Below are positions 1 to 9,416 of a DNA stretch of 64,000 nucleotides, piece by piece; the first letter of the stretch is position 1; every line of letters starts with the position of its first letter. The notes beneath the pieces are model-generated. The model had not been told where the DNA came from. It was given only the letters and a program-made list of their open reading frames with translations, and searched no databases. Source of the DNA: Macrostomum lignano (Eukaryota); the NCBI GenBank assembly GCA_002269645.1, contig NIVC01002482.1, positions 62,001 to 126,000 on the forward strand, given 5' to 3'. A program made the translations under genes and the position numbers.

Positions 1-790
1 AGTCAAAACTTAAAGTCATTTCTCGCATGTGATGGGTTTCGAACTTCCGGCCTCCTTGTGGGGAAGCTTTCGGGCCTCAGATCTCAGAAATAAATCAATT
101 AGAGTCCTGGCCCCCCACTCCTGTCAGATGGTCAGCCCCATGGTAGCTTGATCGTGTGGCGAGCAGTCTAGGTCCTATAGCTAAGAGAGGGACAGTGAGA
201 GACGAGCAGGGAGAATTTTGAAAGTAGCTAATCCGCAGATCAACTAACTTGCTGCCACCAGCCCGTGCGCCCTGGCTCACCACACCGGGGCTCTCGAAAT
301 CGGGCTTCCGACTAGAAGGGGCTTTGCACTTACCTGCCAACTAGTGTCTTTTTGCTGTCTATCTCGAAGTCATAGCCGATGAAAAGGGACACTGCTGGGA
401 CTAGATCGCATTGGCCATGCAGGTACAGAGGGGACTCGTGCAGGGGATTCTTGCAGTGGCGAGACTATGGGGTAGCTACATGTACTATTCCATTGCTAAA
501 TACGAAGAATTGTACTTTTGGCCTTCAACGCGCCAACTAGCCTCTCATAGCGCTGATGATAGACTAACTCGAACTTCAGAGACCGCATGATTCATTACCC
601 GAGCCGCTTGGCGAACCTAGAGTGCACAAAGTACATCTCTGGCGCCGGTTTTGCACTATTGGCAATTTTGCTCATTGATTTGATAGATTGATCGACTGAG
701 AACTGCCTTGCCATTGGTCCACTGTGACCGGCGCCTACTAGCTTAGCTACTCATCTGAGCCATCGGCGAACAAAGAAATAAAACCGATAA
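1..790 (-). repeat. Unclassified non-coding dispersed repeat, copy 1 (the host sequence the BEL element inserted into); homologous to ~12810-13610 in opposite orientation
   Basis: The reverse complement aligns by eye with 12810-13610, e.g. CCTGCATGGCCAATGCGA..TAGTCCCAGCAGTGTCCCTT..TCGGCTATGACTTCGAGATAGACAGC.AAAAGACACTA..GGCAGGTAAGTGCA and GGTCACAGTGGACC. No credible ORF. Boundaries are approximate. Confidence 0.75.
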
Positions 791-1116
791 AAATAACTGT
801 TAGATTTAACCTTCTCCTTAGATCACTTCACACTTCAGATTGAATTGGAGTTTAGACTACTAGCAGTATTATTGAATGACTTCTGCCTCAGCAACAGCAC
901 TACTGAACAAAGTGAGCAAAAGTGTGCGCCTAATTCAGCTACTGAAACAGGGGACAGATAAGGAATCACCCAATCAAGCAAGTCTAGGCAGCCTCTCACC
1001 CAACCAATCAGAAACTCAACAGCCGGAGACCAGGTAATCCACAGCGACCGAATCGGCTTGATGCTTCGCAGCTGTAGACTCGGGATGATGCTGACACAAT
1101 CTTCGCAGATAGCTAG

Positions 1117-1386
1117 TGTTTTGATGGTTCATTCAATAAATTGAGTCTTCGCAGTAAGCGACTATTTTTCGGCTACTAGCCAACCGAACAAAACAACCAG
1201 CGTGCGCACTCTCTCTGGAGAGGCTGATAACTATATATTGCAATAATTTTAAATAAATGGGGTGGGTGCTGCTGAACATTATAAATGGGGGCTGGGGCTG
1301 AAACGTACGTATCAAAATCTCTGCTATGAAAGTTACGCGTAGGTGAATGAAAAGTACACTCGTACATGTAAGCCAACTCCTAAACA
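1117..1386 (-). repeat. 3' LTR of the BEL/Pao element
   Basis: TGTTTTGATGG...CTCCTAAACA, identical to 7880-8149 and adjacent to the PPT. Confidence 0.97.
1130..1172 (-). other. Spliced-leader-like sequence in the 3' LTR
   Basis: The minus strand reads CCGAAAAATAGTCGCTTACTGCGAAGACTCAATTTATTGAATG. My recollection of the Macrostomum lignano SL is CCGTAAAGACGGTCTCTTACTGCGAAGACTCAATTTATTGCATG. 25 contiguous nt are identical and the terminal ATG is kept. The SL is recalled, not retrieved. Confidence 0.85.
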
Positions 1387-1399
1387 TTCCCCCCTTCCT
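1387..1399 (-). promoter_or_regulatory. Polypurine tract (plus-strand primer)
   Basis: AGGAAGGGGGGAA on the minus strand directly abutting the 3' LTR. Confidence 0.9.
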
Positions 1400-1993
1400 G
1401 ACAGAGCAATGTCAGCAACAAAGACCGGAAACACTGAACTTGAGTACCTAGTAACCGAACGGACAAACTATGACCATAGCAAAAAAAAACATACAACGCC
1501 TGGGAACAGCACGAGAAGCGTGAGGGCTCAAAAGAGCTCAAAAGCCAAACTGAAAAGATGTTTCGGCACCCGCCACCAAGACTCGCAAATGAAAACAATG
1601 AAAATGCGCAAGACCGCAAACTGAAATAAGTTACCACTAAACATAAAAAAATATAAAAATTTGCAACTCAGCTTAACTCGCAATTTTAATAAAGTCGAAA
1701 ATGGTTGACAGAAAAAACCCATCACCGTAACTTAACAGAAACTTCAAACAGCTCAAACTCAAAGGAAAAACAAATGCGCCAACTGCGCTCCAAAAAAATC
1801 TGATCCCAAAAAAAACCATGAACAAAAACAGACACAACCAATAATCAAAAAGGCAACGGCTTGAAAAGCCCAAAACTGGCAGAAAGCCTACTGAACGCAC
1901 ACGATACAGTACAAACAATTTGAAAACTCAGCGTAAACTCGGAAAAGTCCGGAAAAGAAAACAAACAGTTCTTAAGCAAATGATCAACTCCTC

Positions 1994-4900
1994 TCACTCG
2001 AGATAGCACAGTTTGCTCACAGGCCGCACGAATACCGTCCCACCGACCTGGACCTTGGCCACCCGGACTCGATTGTCTGAACCTGGGTAGACTTCGACTA
2101 CTCGTCCCAACGGCCAGTGTCCCCGCGGTGAGTCTGCTTTGATGACGAGAACGACATCACCTGGCTGTAAATCACGCTGCGGTCCCGCCCACTTGGCTCT
2201 CGGCTGCAACCCTGGCAGCCATTCGCGCATCCAGCGTCGCCAGACGTGCCTCACGAGTTCTTGGACGCGCCGCCACCGCCGCCTCGGGTCAGCCGCGACG
2301 TCGTCGGGCACATCCGGCGCGAATTGTCCACCAGCTTGACCGTGCAGGAAATGGTTTGGCGTTAGTGGCTCTTCGTCTCTCGGATTCGCCGATTGATAGG
2401 TGATGGGGCGCGAGTTGATAAGCGCCTCCGCTCCAGTGATCGCTGACTGAAGCTCCTCGTCGGTGACATCTGCGCTGCCCAGAATCGCGTGTAGCGCTCG
2501 CTTCGCAGCCCGAATCATCACCTCGTGGGCTCCACCAAAGTGCGGGGCGGCTGGCGGCTGGAAGTTCCACTTGACTCGCTGCTTGGATGTCTCGCGACTG
2601 ATCCTTGTCCTGTCCAGCTCCTCCAGAAGTCGCAGTTCATCTGCACCTTTTACAAAGTTGCCACCGTTGTCAGAATACATAGCCTTGGGTAAGCCACGCC
2701 TGTTCACCATTCGGTAGAAGGCGTTCAAGAAAGAGTCCGCGTCAAGGCTGTAGGTCATCTCGAGGTGTACCGCTCGCGTCTCGAGGCATGTGAACAGCGC
2801 CAAATAGCGTTTCTGCCTCTTCTTAAATCGGCCTTGAATAGTGACGAACGGCCCTCCCATGTCGACGGCTACGTTCGTGAAGGCTTTTAAGGATCCTGCG
2901 ACACGGGCATCAGGCAGTGGCGCCATCTGTTGTACGATGGGACGAGCTTTCTCTCTCTTGCACACAGCGCATTCAACCTCCCACTCGCGAATAGCTTCCC
3001 GAGCACAGATAACCCAATACTTGGCTGACAGCGCCGCCAGAGTTTGGTTAGTCCCACCATGGCTCTGCTGCTCGTGATATTGTTTGATGATCAGCTTGGT
3101 GATCCAATGCTTCCGCGGCAAAATAGATGGATGTCTTGCTGCAAATGGCGCCTGTGGCCTGAATTTCAACCGGCCATCCACTCGTAGGACTCCTGCTGCA
3201 TCACGTACCGGCTGCAAGCACCGCAGCTTCTTCTCGTTCACTGTATCCGTCTTGAACGCTTCCTCCTGAGCTAACCTTACCAAACGCTCCTCGACCTCCT
3301 CGAGCTCATCCACCAACAGCTCACCGCCGCTCCGCTGATACTTCTCCGTCTGACAGTTCCGAATGAACCGCAACACCCAAGCGAAGACGCGCTGCAGTCG
3401 ATGGAAACTAGAGAATCGCTCTGGTTTGAGTCGCCAGCCTGTCTTGTCTTCTTCATCGGTGGTGACCAGACATACGGGCTCTGCACAACGCTTCTGGATG
3501 CTTGCTAGCTCTCTTCGACGGGTATTCGCCTCAGTAGTTTCTGGCGCAACTGGAATCGGCATTTCTGGCCAATCGTTTGAGCACCTCGCCAAGAATCCAG
3601 GGCCGTTCCACCACAGCTCGTTGTCCATCAGCTCTTGCACACTGCAGCCACGGGATGCCACATCCGCTGGATTCAGACCTGTTGGAACGTACCGCCATTG
3701 ATTTGGCTGCACCTGCTGCTGGATGAAGGCGACTCGGTTCGCAACGAAAGGCTTGAACGCTCTACTCTGCCTGCGAATCCACCAAAGCACATTGTGACTG
3801 TCACTCCAAAACACCACAGACTCAATCGCGATCTCCAACGCCTCGGCCACTGCCCTTGCGAGCCGAAGTCCTAGGACTGCCGCCATCAACTCCAGTCGAG
3901 GGATGCTCACCGCCATCAATGGTGCTACCTTAGCCTTTGCAGCAACGAAACGGACCGTCGTCTTACTCATCGTTTCGCTCCGCAGATATACGACGGCTCC
4001 GTAGGCCTCTTGCGATGCGTCTACAAACGAGTGAAGTTCGATGGATCCGTTGTCTGGACGCAGACACCGAGGCACGGCTAGTCTCGTAGCTTTGGAGAGC
4101 TCACTGGTCCACTGAAACGCTTGATCAGCCAACTCAGGATCCAACGCTTCATCCCACCCAACACCTTGTTGCCATGCCAACTGCAGCATTATCTTTCCTG
4201 TGATAACTACCGGAGCTAGGAAGCCACAGGGGTCAAACACCTCGGCCACACCGCGCAAAAGCAGTCTCTTCGTCATCACCTTGCCGCTAGCATTCGACTC
4301 GCTGATGGAAATTCCTAGGACGTCCTCTTTCGCATTCCAATTCACTCCAAGCGCCTTAGCGGTTCGGGCCTCACCTTTCAATAGCAACTCGGCGCGTTCT
4401 GCGCGGTCCTCGACTGGAACGTGTTGCAGCACTTCTAACGAATTCGACATCCATTTGCAAGCTCGCATCCCTGCCTTGCTCCATAATTCTACGAGTTGTT
4501 GGAAGAGTTTCACCGCTTGGCCAACGGTTTCTACGGAGTCTAGACTGTCGTCCATATAAGTGGAATGCAGCACGGTGTTGGCCGCCAGCGGCAGCTGTTG
4601 CTGATAGTGTCGCGCATTCTCCTGTGCCACAAACTGAGCCAGAAACGGAGAGCAGTTTACGCCAAATACCACACTGCAGAACTCATAGCTCTTCGGCGTT
4701 TGCTTCAAGTCTAAGTCTCGCCACAGAAATCGGAAAAATCTTCTGTCCTCCGGCGCAATTCGAACTCTCAGATACATCTCCTCGATGTCGGCTGCTAGCG
4801 CCACGGGATGCTTCCGGAACCGTAGGAGCACCTTTAGCAAATCCTGCTGCAACTTCGGTCCCGTATGAATGGTGTCATTTAGGCAGACCCCATTGCTCCG

Positions 4901-5680
4901 AGCCGCTGCATCAAACACAATTCGAACTTTGGTCGTCTCCTTATCGGCCCGCACTATCGCGAAATGCGGCAAGAACCACTGGCCAGCCTGACTTGGCTCG
5001 CTGATGCCGACCTCCCGCACATAGCCTTTTGCCAGATGCTTGTCTATCACAGCCTGGTACGCCTTCGCTAGCTCCGGGTTCTTCAGCAAGCGCTTTTCTG
5101 TGCTGACGAGACGCTGTAGGGCAGCTTCGTTGTTCATAGGTAGTTCTTCCGGATTCTTTTTCCAAGGAATCGCCACTTGAAACCTGCCGTTCTCCATCTT
5201 CAAGGATGCTCGTGTCGCTTCTACGATCTTTTGATCTTCAGCGGACATTCTGGCCTGCTGTCCTCCATCTGGCACTTCATCGATCTCCCACATCTTCCGC
5301 AGAAGATCAGATGCCTCGTTCTCCGCCGTCACCGTAAAGAATGTCTGCTGCTGCTGCTCTTCTGCAGTTCCTACTTGATTCACTGGTCCAACGCAGGTCC
5401 ACCCAATTGGCGTCAGTCTGGCAATCGGCTCTCCAGGTTGCCCACCTACTTCGCGACAGGCAAAGTGCAAGTCTGCATTGTCCACACCAATGAGCATATC
5501 CACAGTCTGCTTCCCTTTAATTTTGTCGAACGGCACGCCCCTCAGATGAGCCCAACGCTTTGCAAGCTGGCTCCAATCTACGGCTTCCATCCCACCGGTC
5601 ACTTTCTCAGTTGTGTGGGCCGTAACTGTGGCACGAAAGGCGCCGTCCAGACTGCGGATGTCGACCTCAACCGGAACGTC
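1994..5680 (-). CDS. BEL/Pao pol: end of protease, reverse transcriptase, RNase H, integrase
   Basis: 1202-aa ORF, with the frame open upstream to ~5680 (PVEVDIRSLDG...KVTG). Motifs FDAA, ADIEEMYL, YMDD, FVDAS, zinc-binding HH..CC, DMGGP, SDNGGNF, and C-terminal WPLGRVVEVYPGSD. Confidence 0.95.
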   Translation of the reverse strand, partial: DVPVEVDIRSLDGAFRATVTAHTTEKVTGGMEAVDWSQLAKRWAHLRGVPFDKIKGKQTVDMLIGVDNADLHFACREVGGQPGEPIARLTPIGWTCVGPVNQVGTAEEQQQQTFFTVTAENEASDLLRKMWEIDEVPDGGQQARMSAEDQKIVEATRASLKMENGRFQVAIPWKKNPEELPMNNEAALQRLVSTEKRLLKNPELAKAYQAVIDKHLAKGYVREVGISEPSQAGQWFLPHFAIVRADKETTKVRIVFDAAARSNGVCLNDTIHTGPKLQQDLLKVLLRFRKHPVALAADIEEMYLRVRIAPEDRRFFRFLWRDLDLKQTPKSYEFCSVVFGVNCSPFLAQFVAQENARHYQQQLPLAANTVLHSTYMDDSLDSVETVGQAVKLFQQLVELWSKAGMRACKWMSNSLEVLQHVPVEDRAERAELLLKGEARTAKALGVNWNAKEDVLGISISESNASGKVMTKRLLLRGVAEVFDPCGFLAPVVITGKIMLQLAWQQGVGWDEALDPELADQAFQWTSELSKATRLAVPRCLRPDNGSIELHSFVDASQEAYGAVVYLRSETMSKTTVRFVAAKAKVAPLMAVSIPRLELMAAVLGLRLARAVAEALEIAIESVVFWSDSHNVLWWIRRQSRAFKPFVANRVAFIQQQVQPNQWRYVPTGLNPADVASRGCSVQELMDNELWWNGPGFLARCSNDWPEMPIPVAPETTEANTRRRELASIQKRCAEPVCLVTTDEEDKTGWRLKPERFSSFHRLQRVFAWVLRFIRNCQTEKYQRSGGELLVDELEEVEERLVRLAQEEAFKTDTVNEKKLRCLQPVRDAAGVLRVDGRLKFRPQAPFAARHPSILPRKHWITKLIIKQYHEQQSHGGTNQTLAALSAKYWVICAREAIREWEVECAVCKREKARPIVQQMAPLPDARVAGSLKAFTNVAVDMGGPFVTIQGRFKKRQKRYLALFTCLETRAVHLEMTYSLDADSFLNAFYRMVNRRGLPKAMYSDNGGNFVKGADELRLLEELDRTRISRETSKQRVKWNFQPPAAPHFGGAHEVMIRAAKRALHAILGSADVTDEELQSAITGAEALINSRPITYQSANPRDEEPLTPNHFLHGQAGGQFAPDVPDDVAADPRRRWRRVQELVRHVWRRWMREWLPGLQPRAKWAGPQRDLQPGDVVLVIKADSPRGHWPLGRVVEVYPGSDNRVRVAKVQVGGTVFVRPVSKLCYLE

Positions 5681-7131
5681 TGAAAGGTGCTCACCTGGCC
5701 GTTCAGAACCTTTACCGTCATCGGTTCGAGGTTGCCTTCCAAGCCGAGTTCCGCTGCAACGTCAGAGTTCAGGTACGACCGGGTGCTAGCGTCGTCCAGC
5801 AAGACATTCACTCGGACTTCCCGACCGCCGTTGGATAAAATCACGGGCACAGTCCTCAGCGCTATTGACGGCGATGTTCTGGCCAGTAAAGTGCATGCCT
5901 CTTGCGGCTCTTGAACTGTGCTCTTCTTCTCCTGGAAGGACTTTGGTCTTTCGATCGTTTTGGGCGACCCCCCTTCATGCGGATTCGCCGTTGTCGCCGC
6001 CGGCCCTCGTTGATGCAGCAGCCGATTATGGTTTGCTTTGCAGCCATCAACACCGCACACTCTCGCTCGCTTGCACGCACCGGCTAGATGGTTTGCTCCC
6101 AAGCAGCAGAAGCACAGGCGCTTGTCACGAACCGTCGCCCATCTGGCTCCAGGTTCCATTCGTTGAAACCTTGGGCAGCTCCAAACTCCGTGCTGTTCTC
6201 CGCAGAGACCACAACCTTTTCGCCCTTCCGCCTGTTCTTTGTTTTGGCTATTCGAATCATTCGTCTTCACAAAAAACGAGCGTGCTGCGGCTGCCCCTCG
6301 GGAAACAGTTTTCTTGGCTTTTACACTGTCGTGCCGTCCGGTCTCACCGGAAGAAGCCACGCCTCTTACCGCCTCACACGCTACTGTCATGTACTCTGCC
6401 TCCGTCAGAAGCCATCGATGCAACGTTCTGAGCGAATCTTCTTTCCTAGCTTCTCCGATCCACCGATGAAAACGAGCTAGGGTTTCGGTTGGCAGCTTCT
6501 TTTGCACTCTCAAGTACATAAGTCCATTGTTGCTTAGCTCACTCTCTCGCCCTGCAGCCTGTAGATTAACTACCGTAACATCCAGCAAGTCGGCCAGCTT
6601 TTTTAATTGACTTGCATTCTCTATCTGAATAGGTTGGAAACTATCCAAGTCCTCCAGTGCCAGCATCAGTCTTCGTCTCTCTCCACCATACTCCCGCTCA
6701 AGCCTTTCCAGAGCCGCTTTGTAGGCGAACTCCGAGTAGCCAAGATTCGCAACAAGTTTTAATGCCTCTCCTCGCAGCGACTGGCGCAATTGCAACAACT
6801 TATAGGCTTCTGAAGATGGCGAGGCATGCACGCAGGCATAGAAAGCCGCCCGCCATCCTTCAAACTCCCGTTTGTCTCCACTAAACACCGGTATCGCAAC
6901 TCTCTGCAACTGCCTCCACATATCCTGACCGATTCTTTCCTCAGCCCAAGCTTTCGCTGTACATTCTGCTGCGGCGGCCGGTGAAGCCCCAATTGGCGAA
7001 TTAGCTCCACCGTACATAGCTTGGATACCTAGCTGTCCGCGGGGTTGGTTAGAATCAGCGTGGTCACACTTGCCGCCAGTTGGGGTGGGTGGTATTGATT
7101 TTTTTCCGGCCTTTACTCTCTCACCCCTTGC
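5599..7131 (-). CDS. BEL/Pao gag core (DUF1759-like, Cys/His knuckles) and aspartic protease
   Basis: 472-aa ORF, frame open upstream to 7131. Motifs IPVFSGDKREFEGWRAAF, CGLCGEQHGVWSC, CFCCLGANHLAGAC, CGVDGCKANHNRLLH, LLDDASTRSY. Joined to its neighbours by -1 frameshifts. Confidence 0.92.
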   Translation of the reverse strand, partial: ARGERVKAGKKSIPPTPTGGKCDHADSNQPRGQLGIQAMYGGANSPIGASPAAAAECTAKAWAEERIGQDMWRQLQRVAIPVFSGDKREFEGWRAAFYACVHASPSSEAYKLLQLRQSLRGEALKLVANLGYSEFAYKAALERLEREYGGERRRLMLALEDLDSFQPIQIENASQLKKLADLLDVTVVNLQAAGRESELSNNGLMYLRVQKKLPTETLARFHRWIGEARKEDSLRTLHRWLLTEAEYMTVACEAVRGVASSGETGRHDSVKAKKTVSRGAAAARSFFVKTNDSNSQNKEQAEGRKGCGLCGEQHGVWSCPRFQRMEPGARWATVRDKRLCFCCLGANHLAGACKRARVCGVDGCKANHNRLLHQRGPAATTANPHEGGSPKTIERPKSFQEKKSTVQEPQEACTLLARTSPSIALRTVPVILSNGGREVRVNVLLDDASTRSYLNSDVAAELGLEGNLEPMTVKVLNGQVSTFQTFRLRSTSAVWTAPFVPQLRPTQLRK

Positions 7132-7817
7132 TCAGCGCTCCTTAGTTGATCTGACCCTCCCCCAATTAAGGGGTTGACTGAAGGGTCGGCTTGAACCATG
7201 GGGTTGGCGACTGGTACTGAGTACGCAGCTTGCGATTGGACGGCCGCTTCTACCCGTAGTTGAGAGGAGTACAATTGATCATTTGCACTCGCTGACGTCT
7301 CTGCCAGTCTTAGCGCATCCAATCTGACATCTAACTCGCGCTGCCTCTCTGCAAACTCCTGCTGCATTCTGCGCTCCTCCTCCTCCATCTCTATCCGCTG
7401 CCGCCTGACTGCCTCCAACTCCTTCTGTCGCATCTCTTTCTGCTCGATCTCCCTCGACTCTAGTCGCACCTCTCGTTCCCTCTTGCGCAATTCTCTCAGC
7501 AAATTTACAATCTCACCGTACTCAGTCTCCAGCTTTTCCAACTCCTTTACTGTCTGGACTTGCACTGGTAGATTCCCGACGACCTCGGGCAGAATCGCTT
7601 GTAGCACCGCACTAACTCGCTCGTAGTGGTCATCCAGAGTGCCGGCCAGCGGTTCCACGTCCGCTAAAGTAGCTCCGTCCGAGCCCAATACCTTCAGTAG
7701 ACGATTCCGCTGCTTCGTGAACGCGCACTTGTCGACCGCTTTTCTGGCCTTCAGCAAAATGAGACGGCTGTCTCCCTCCGGCACTTGTTCTTGCATCTCT
7801 GCTTCTTCATCAGACAT
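7113..7817 (-). CDS. N-terminal coiled-coil part of BEL/Pao gag
   Basis: 234-aa ORF starting just downstream of the PBS; E/R/Q-rich coiled coil; overlaps the next frame at 7116-7131. Confidence 0.85.
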   Translation of the reverse strand: MSDEEAEMQEQVPEGDSRLILLKARKAVDKCAFTKQRNRLLKVLGSDGATLADVEPLAGTLDDHYERVSAVLQAILPEVVGNLPVQVQTVKELEKLETEYGEIVNLLRELRKREREVRLESREIEQKEMRQKELEAVRRQRIEMEEEERRMQQEFAERQRELDVRLDALRLAETSASANDQLYSSQLRVEAAVQSQAAYSVPVANPMVQADPSVNPLIGGGSDQLRSAEQGVRE

Positions 7818-7859
7818 CTTTTACCAATGAAGTAGAACCACAAGTAGAACCACAAGTAG

Positions 7860-7877
7860 AACCACGCTCTGCTACCA
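7860..7877 (-). promoter_or_regulatory. Primer-binding site complementary to the 3' end of initiator tRNA-Met
   Basis: TGGTAGCAGAGCGTGGTT, 2 nt from the 5' LTR. TGGTAGCAGAG is the complement of the conserved tRNA-iMet 3' end CUCUGCUACCA. Confidence 0.88.
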
Positions 7878-7879
7878 GA

Positions 7880-8149
7880 TGTTTTGATGGTTCATTCAAT
7901 AAATTGAGTCTTCGCAGTAAGCGACTATTTTTCGGCTACTAGCCAACCGAACAAAACAACCAGCGTGCGCACTCTCTCTGGAGAGGCTGATAACTATATA
8001 TTGCAATAATTTTAAATAAATGGGGTGGGTGCTGCTGAACATTATAAATGGGGGCTGGGGCTGAAACGTACGTATCAAAATCTCTGCTATGAAAGTTACG
8101 CGTAGGTGAATGAAAAGTACACTCGTACATGTAAGCCAACTCCTAAACA
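7880..8149 (-). repeat. 5' LTR of the BEL/Pao element
   Basis: Identical to 1117-1386; adjacent to the PBS; followed by TSD GCTAG. Confidence 0.97.
7893..7935 (-). other. Spliced-leader-like sequence in the 5' LTR
   Basis: Same 43-nt SL-like string as 1130-1172. The 25-nt identical core is at 7897-7921, and the ATG is 13 nt from the LTR end. Confidence 0.85.
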
Positions 8150-8319
8150 GCTAGTAGGTGATGTCTTAACTTTGATGTTCGCTGCTGGTGACCGGGGGAC
8201 TCGTCCTTGATGATGAGGGGGAAGTCGCAATCCGGGGATCAAGAAACGACGGTCGGGCTGAGGGAACCAGAAATATTGGGAGAGAGCCGGTTGAGGTCCG
8301 AGCGGGCCAAAAACACCGG

Positions 8320-8451
8320 TTTAAATAGCCGCCAACTGGACCACAGTTTGTTATAATGGAACACGTCGATTCTGATTGGCTGAGCCGTTTTGTTAAAATG
8401 AGCGCCGAATTTTCTGATTGGCTAAGCTGGTTGCCACCCAGAATCACGTGA
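8320..8451 (-). promoter_or_regulatory. Candidate Pol II promoter (E-box, two CCAAT boxes, TATA-like) of the host repeat
   Basis: TCACGTGA at 8444-8451, AGCCAATCAGA twice (~8375, ~8417) and CTATTTAAA at 8320-8328, in promoter-like order on the minus strand. Confidence 0.45.
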
Positions 8452-9416
8452 CCGGGAGATCCTATCAGTTCCCACAGGGTCGTAAAAAGATGACAGGTGC
8501 GGCCATAAATCACTCAAAATCGCAACAAAATGATATATGACCTTTCGCGTAGGATTGACAGAAATTAATGAAAAAATATACATTAGAAAGCTCTTATTAA
8601 ATAGAAAGTGAAGATAATGAAGAGAAATCGCTAATCGCTAATCCCAAGGTACTTTTAGGGGTAAAACGCATAGCTGTCAAAGCTGTCACACGCTTGAGTG
8701 AACCCGAACAATAGGCTCTGACCTCATAAATCTTGATGGCCTGTCAAAATGATGAGAAAAAAGCTACCGCCCGCATCCTCTCAGACCATCTGGCGCCCGC
8801 CTCAACACTGAGTGAGGCGCAGGTGGCTGTCAGACCAGCTTCGAAAGCGATGATTTATGATCCAAAAAGCTGCGCCTATGTTATTTTGACTACTAGTATG
8901 ACCAAACATTATATCAAGTATAGATTCTATGACTATTCGCAGAAAAAGGATAAAAATGCCCATTGCCCACTGTTAGTAGGCTAGTAAGTTTAGAGCCCAT
9001 GTGCTAGCGCGGGGTTTGGAAAAAAGTGCGTCCTCATCACATGGTTCATAATCATATGTACATGTACACGTATACATGTAATCTGTGAAACTGATGTTGA
9101 TCAATTCAGAAGGCTGCCATTATACATGTAGCTGCCATAAAAGTATTGAAGTTTGCGGTGTGCATCGAAACAATACATTAAATAACCCTTGAAATCATTC
9201 AGGAGGTAATACTGATATACATGTAGTCTCGGCCGACTGACCTCTTTTATCTGAACAGGTGCAGATGACCCTTTATTTAAGTGTATAGATATAACAAAGT
9301 CAGTAAGTCAATGACGAAATCAACGCACAACAATAAAATATGACGAGTTTTAACTATTAACTCTTGTTCATAATCATGAGTAATCTTACAGACTAATAAA
9401 CTTTCATTTTTAAAAC

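Larger units (their letters stand above)
1117..8149 (-). mobile_element. Full-length BEL/Pao LTR retrotransposon
   Basis: Two identical 270-bp TG...CA LTRs (1117-1386, 7880-8149), 5-bp TSD GCTAG (1112-1116, 8150-8154), PBS and PPT in the expected positions, and gag-PR-RT-RNaseH-IN domain order. Confidence 0.97.

Noticed and set aside
1400-1993. env-like gene between pol and the 3' LTR
   Set aside because: Only short low-complexity ORFs; no signal peptide or fusion-protein features.
7099-7131. Programmed ribosomal frameshift in gag
   Set aside because: The A-run (GGAAAAAAA) lies after the stop codon and the overlap has no canonical slippery heptamer.
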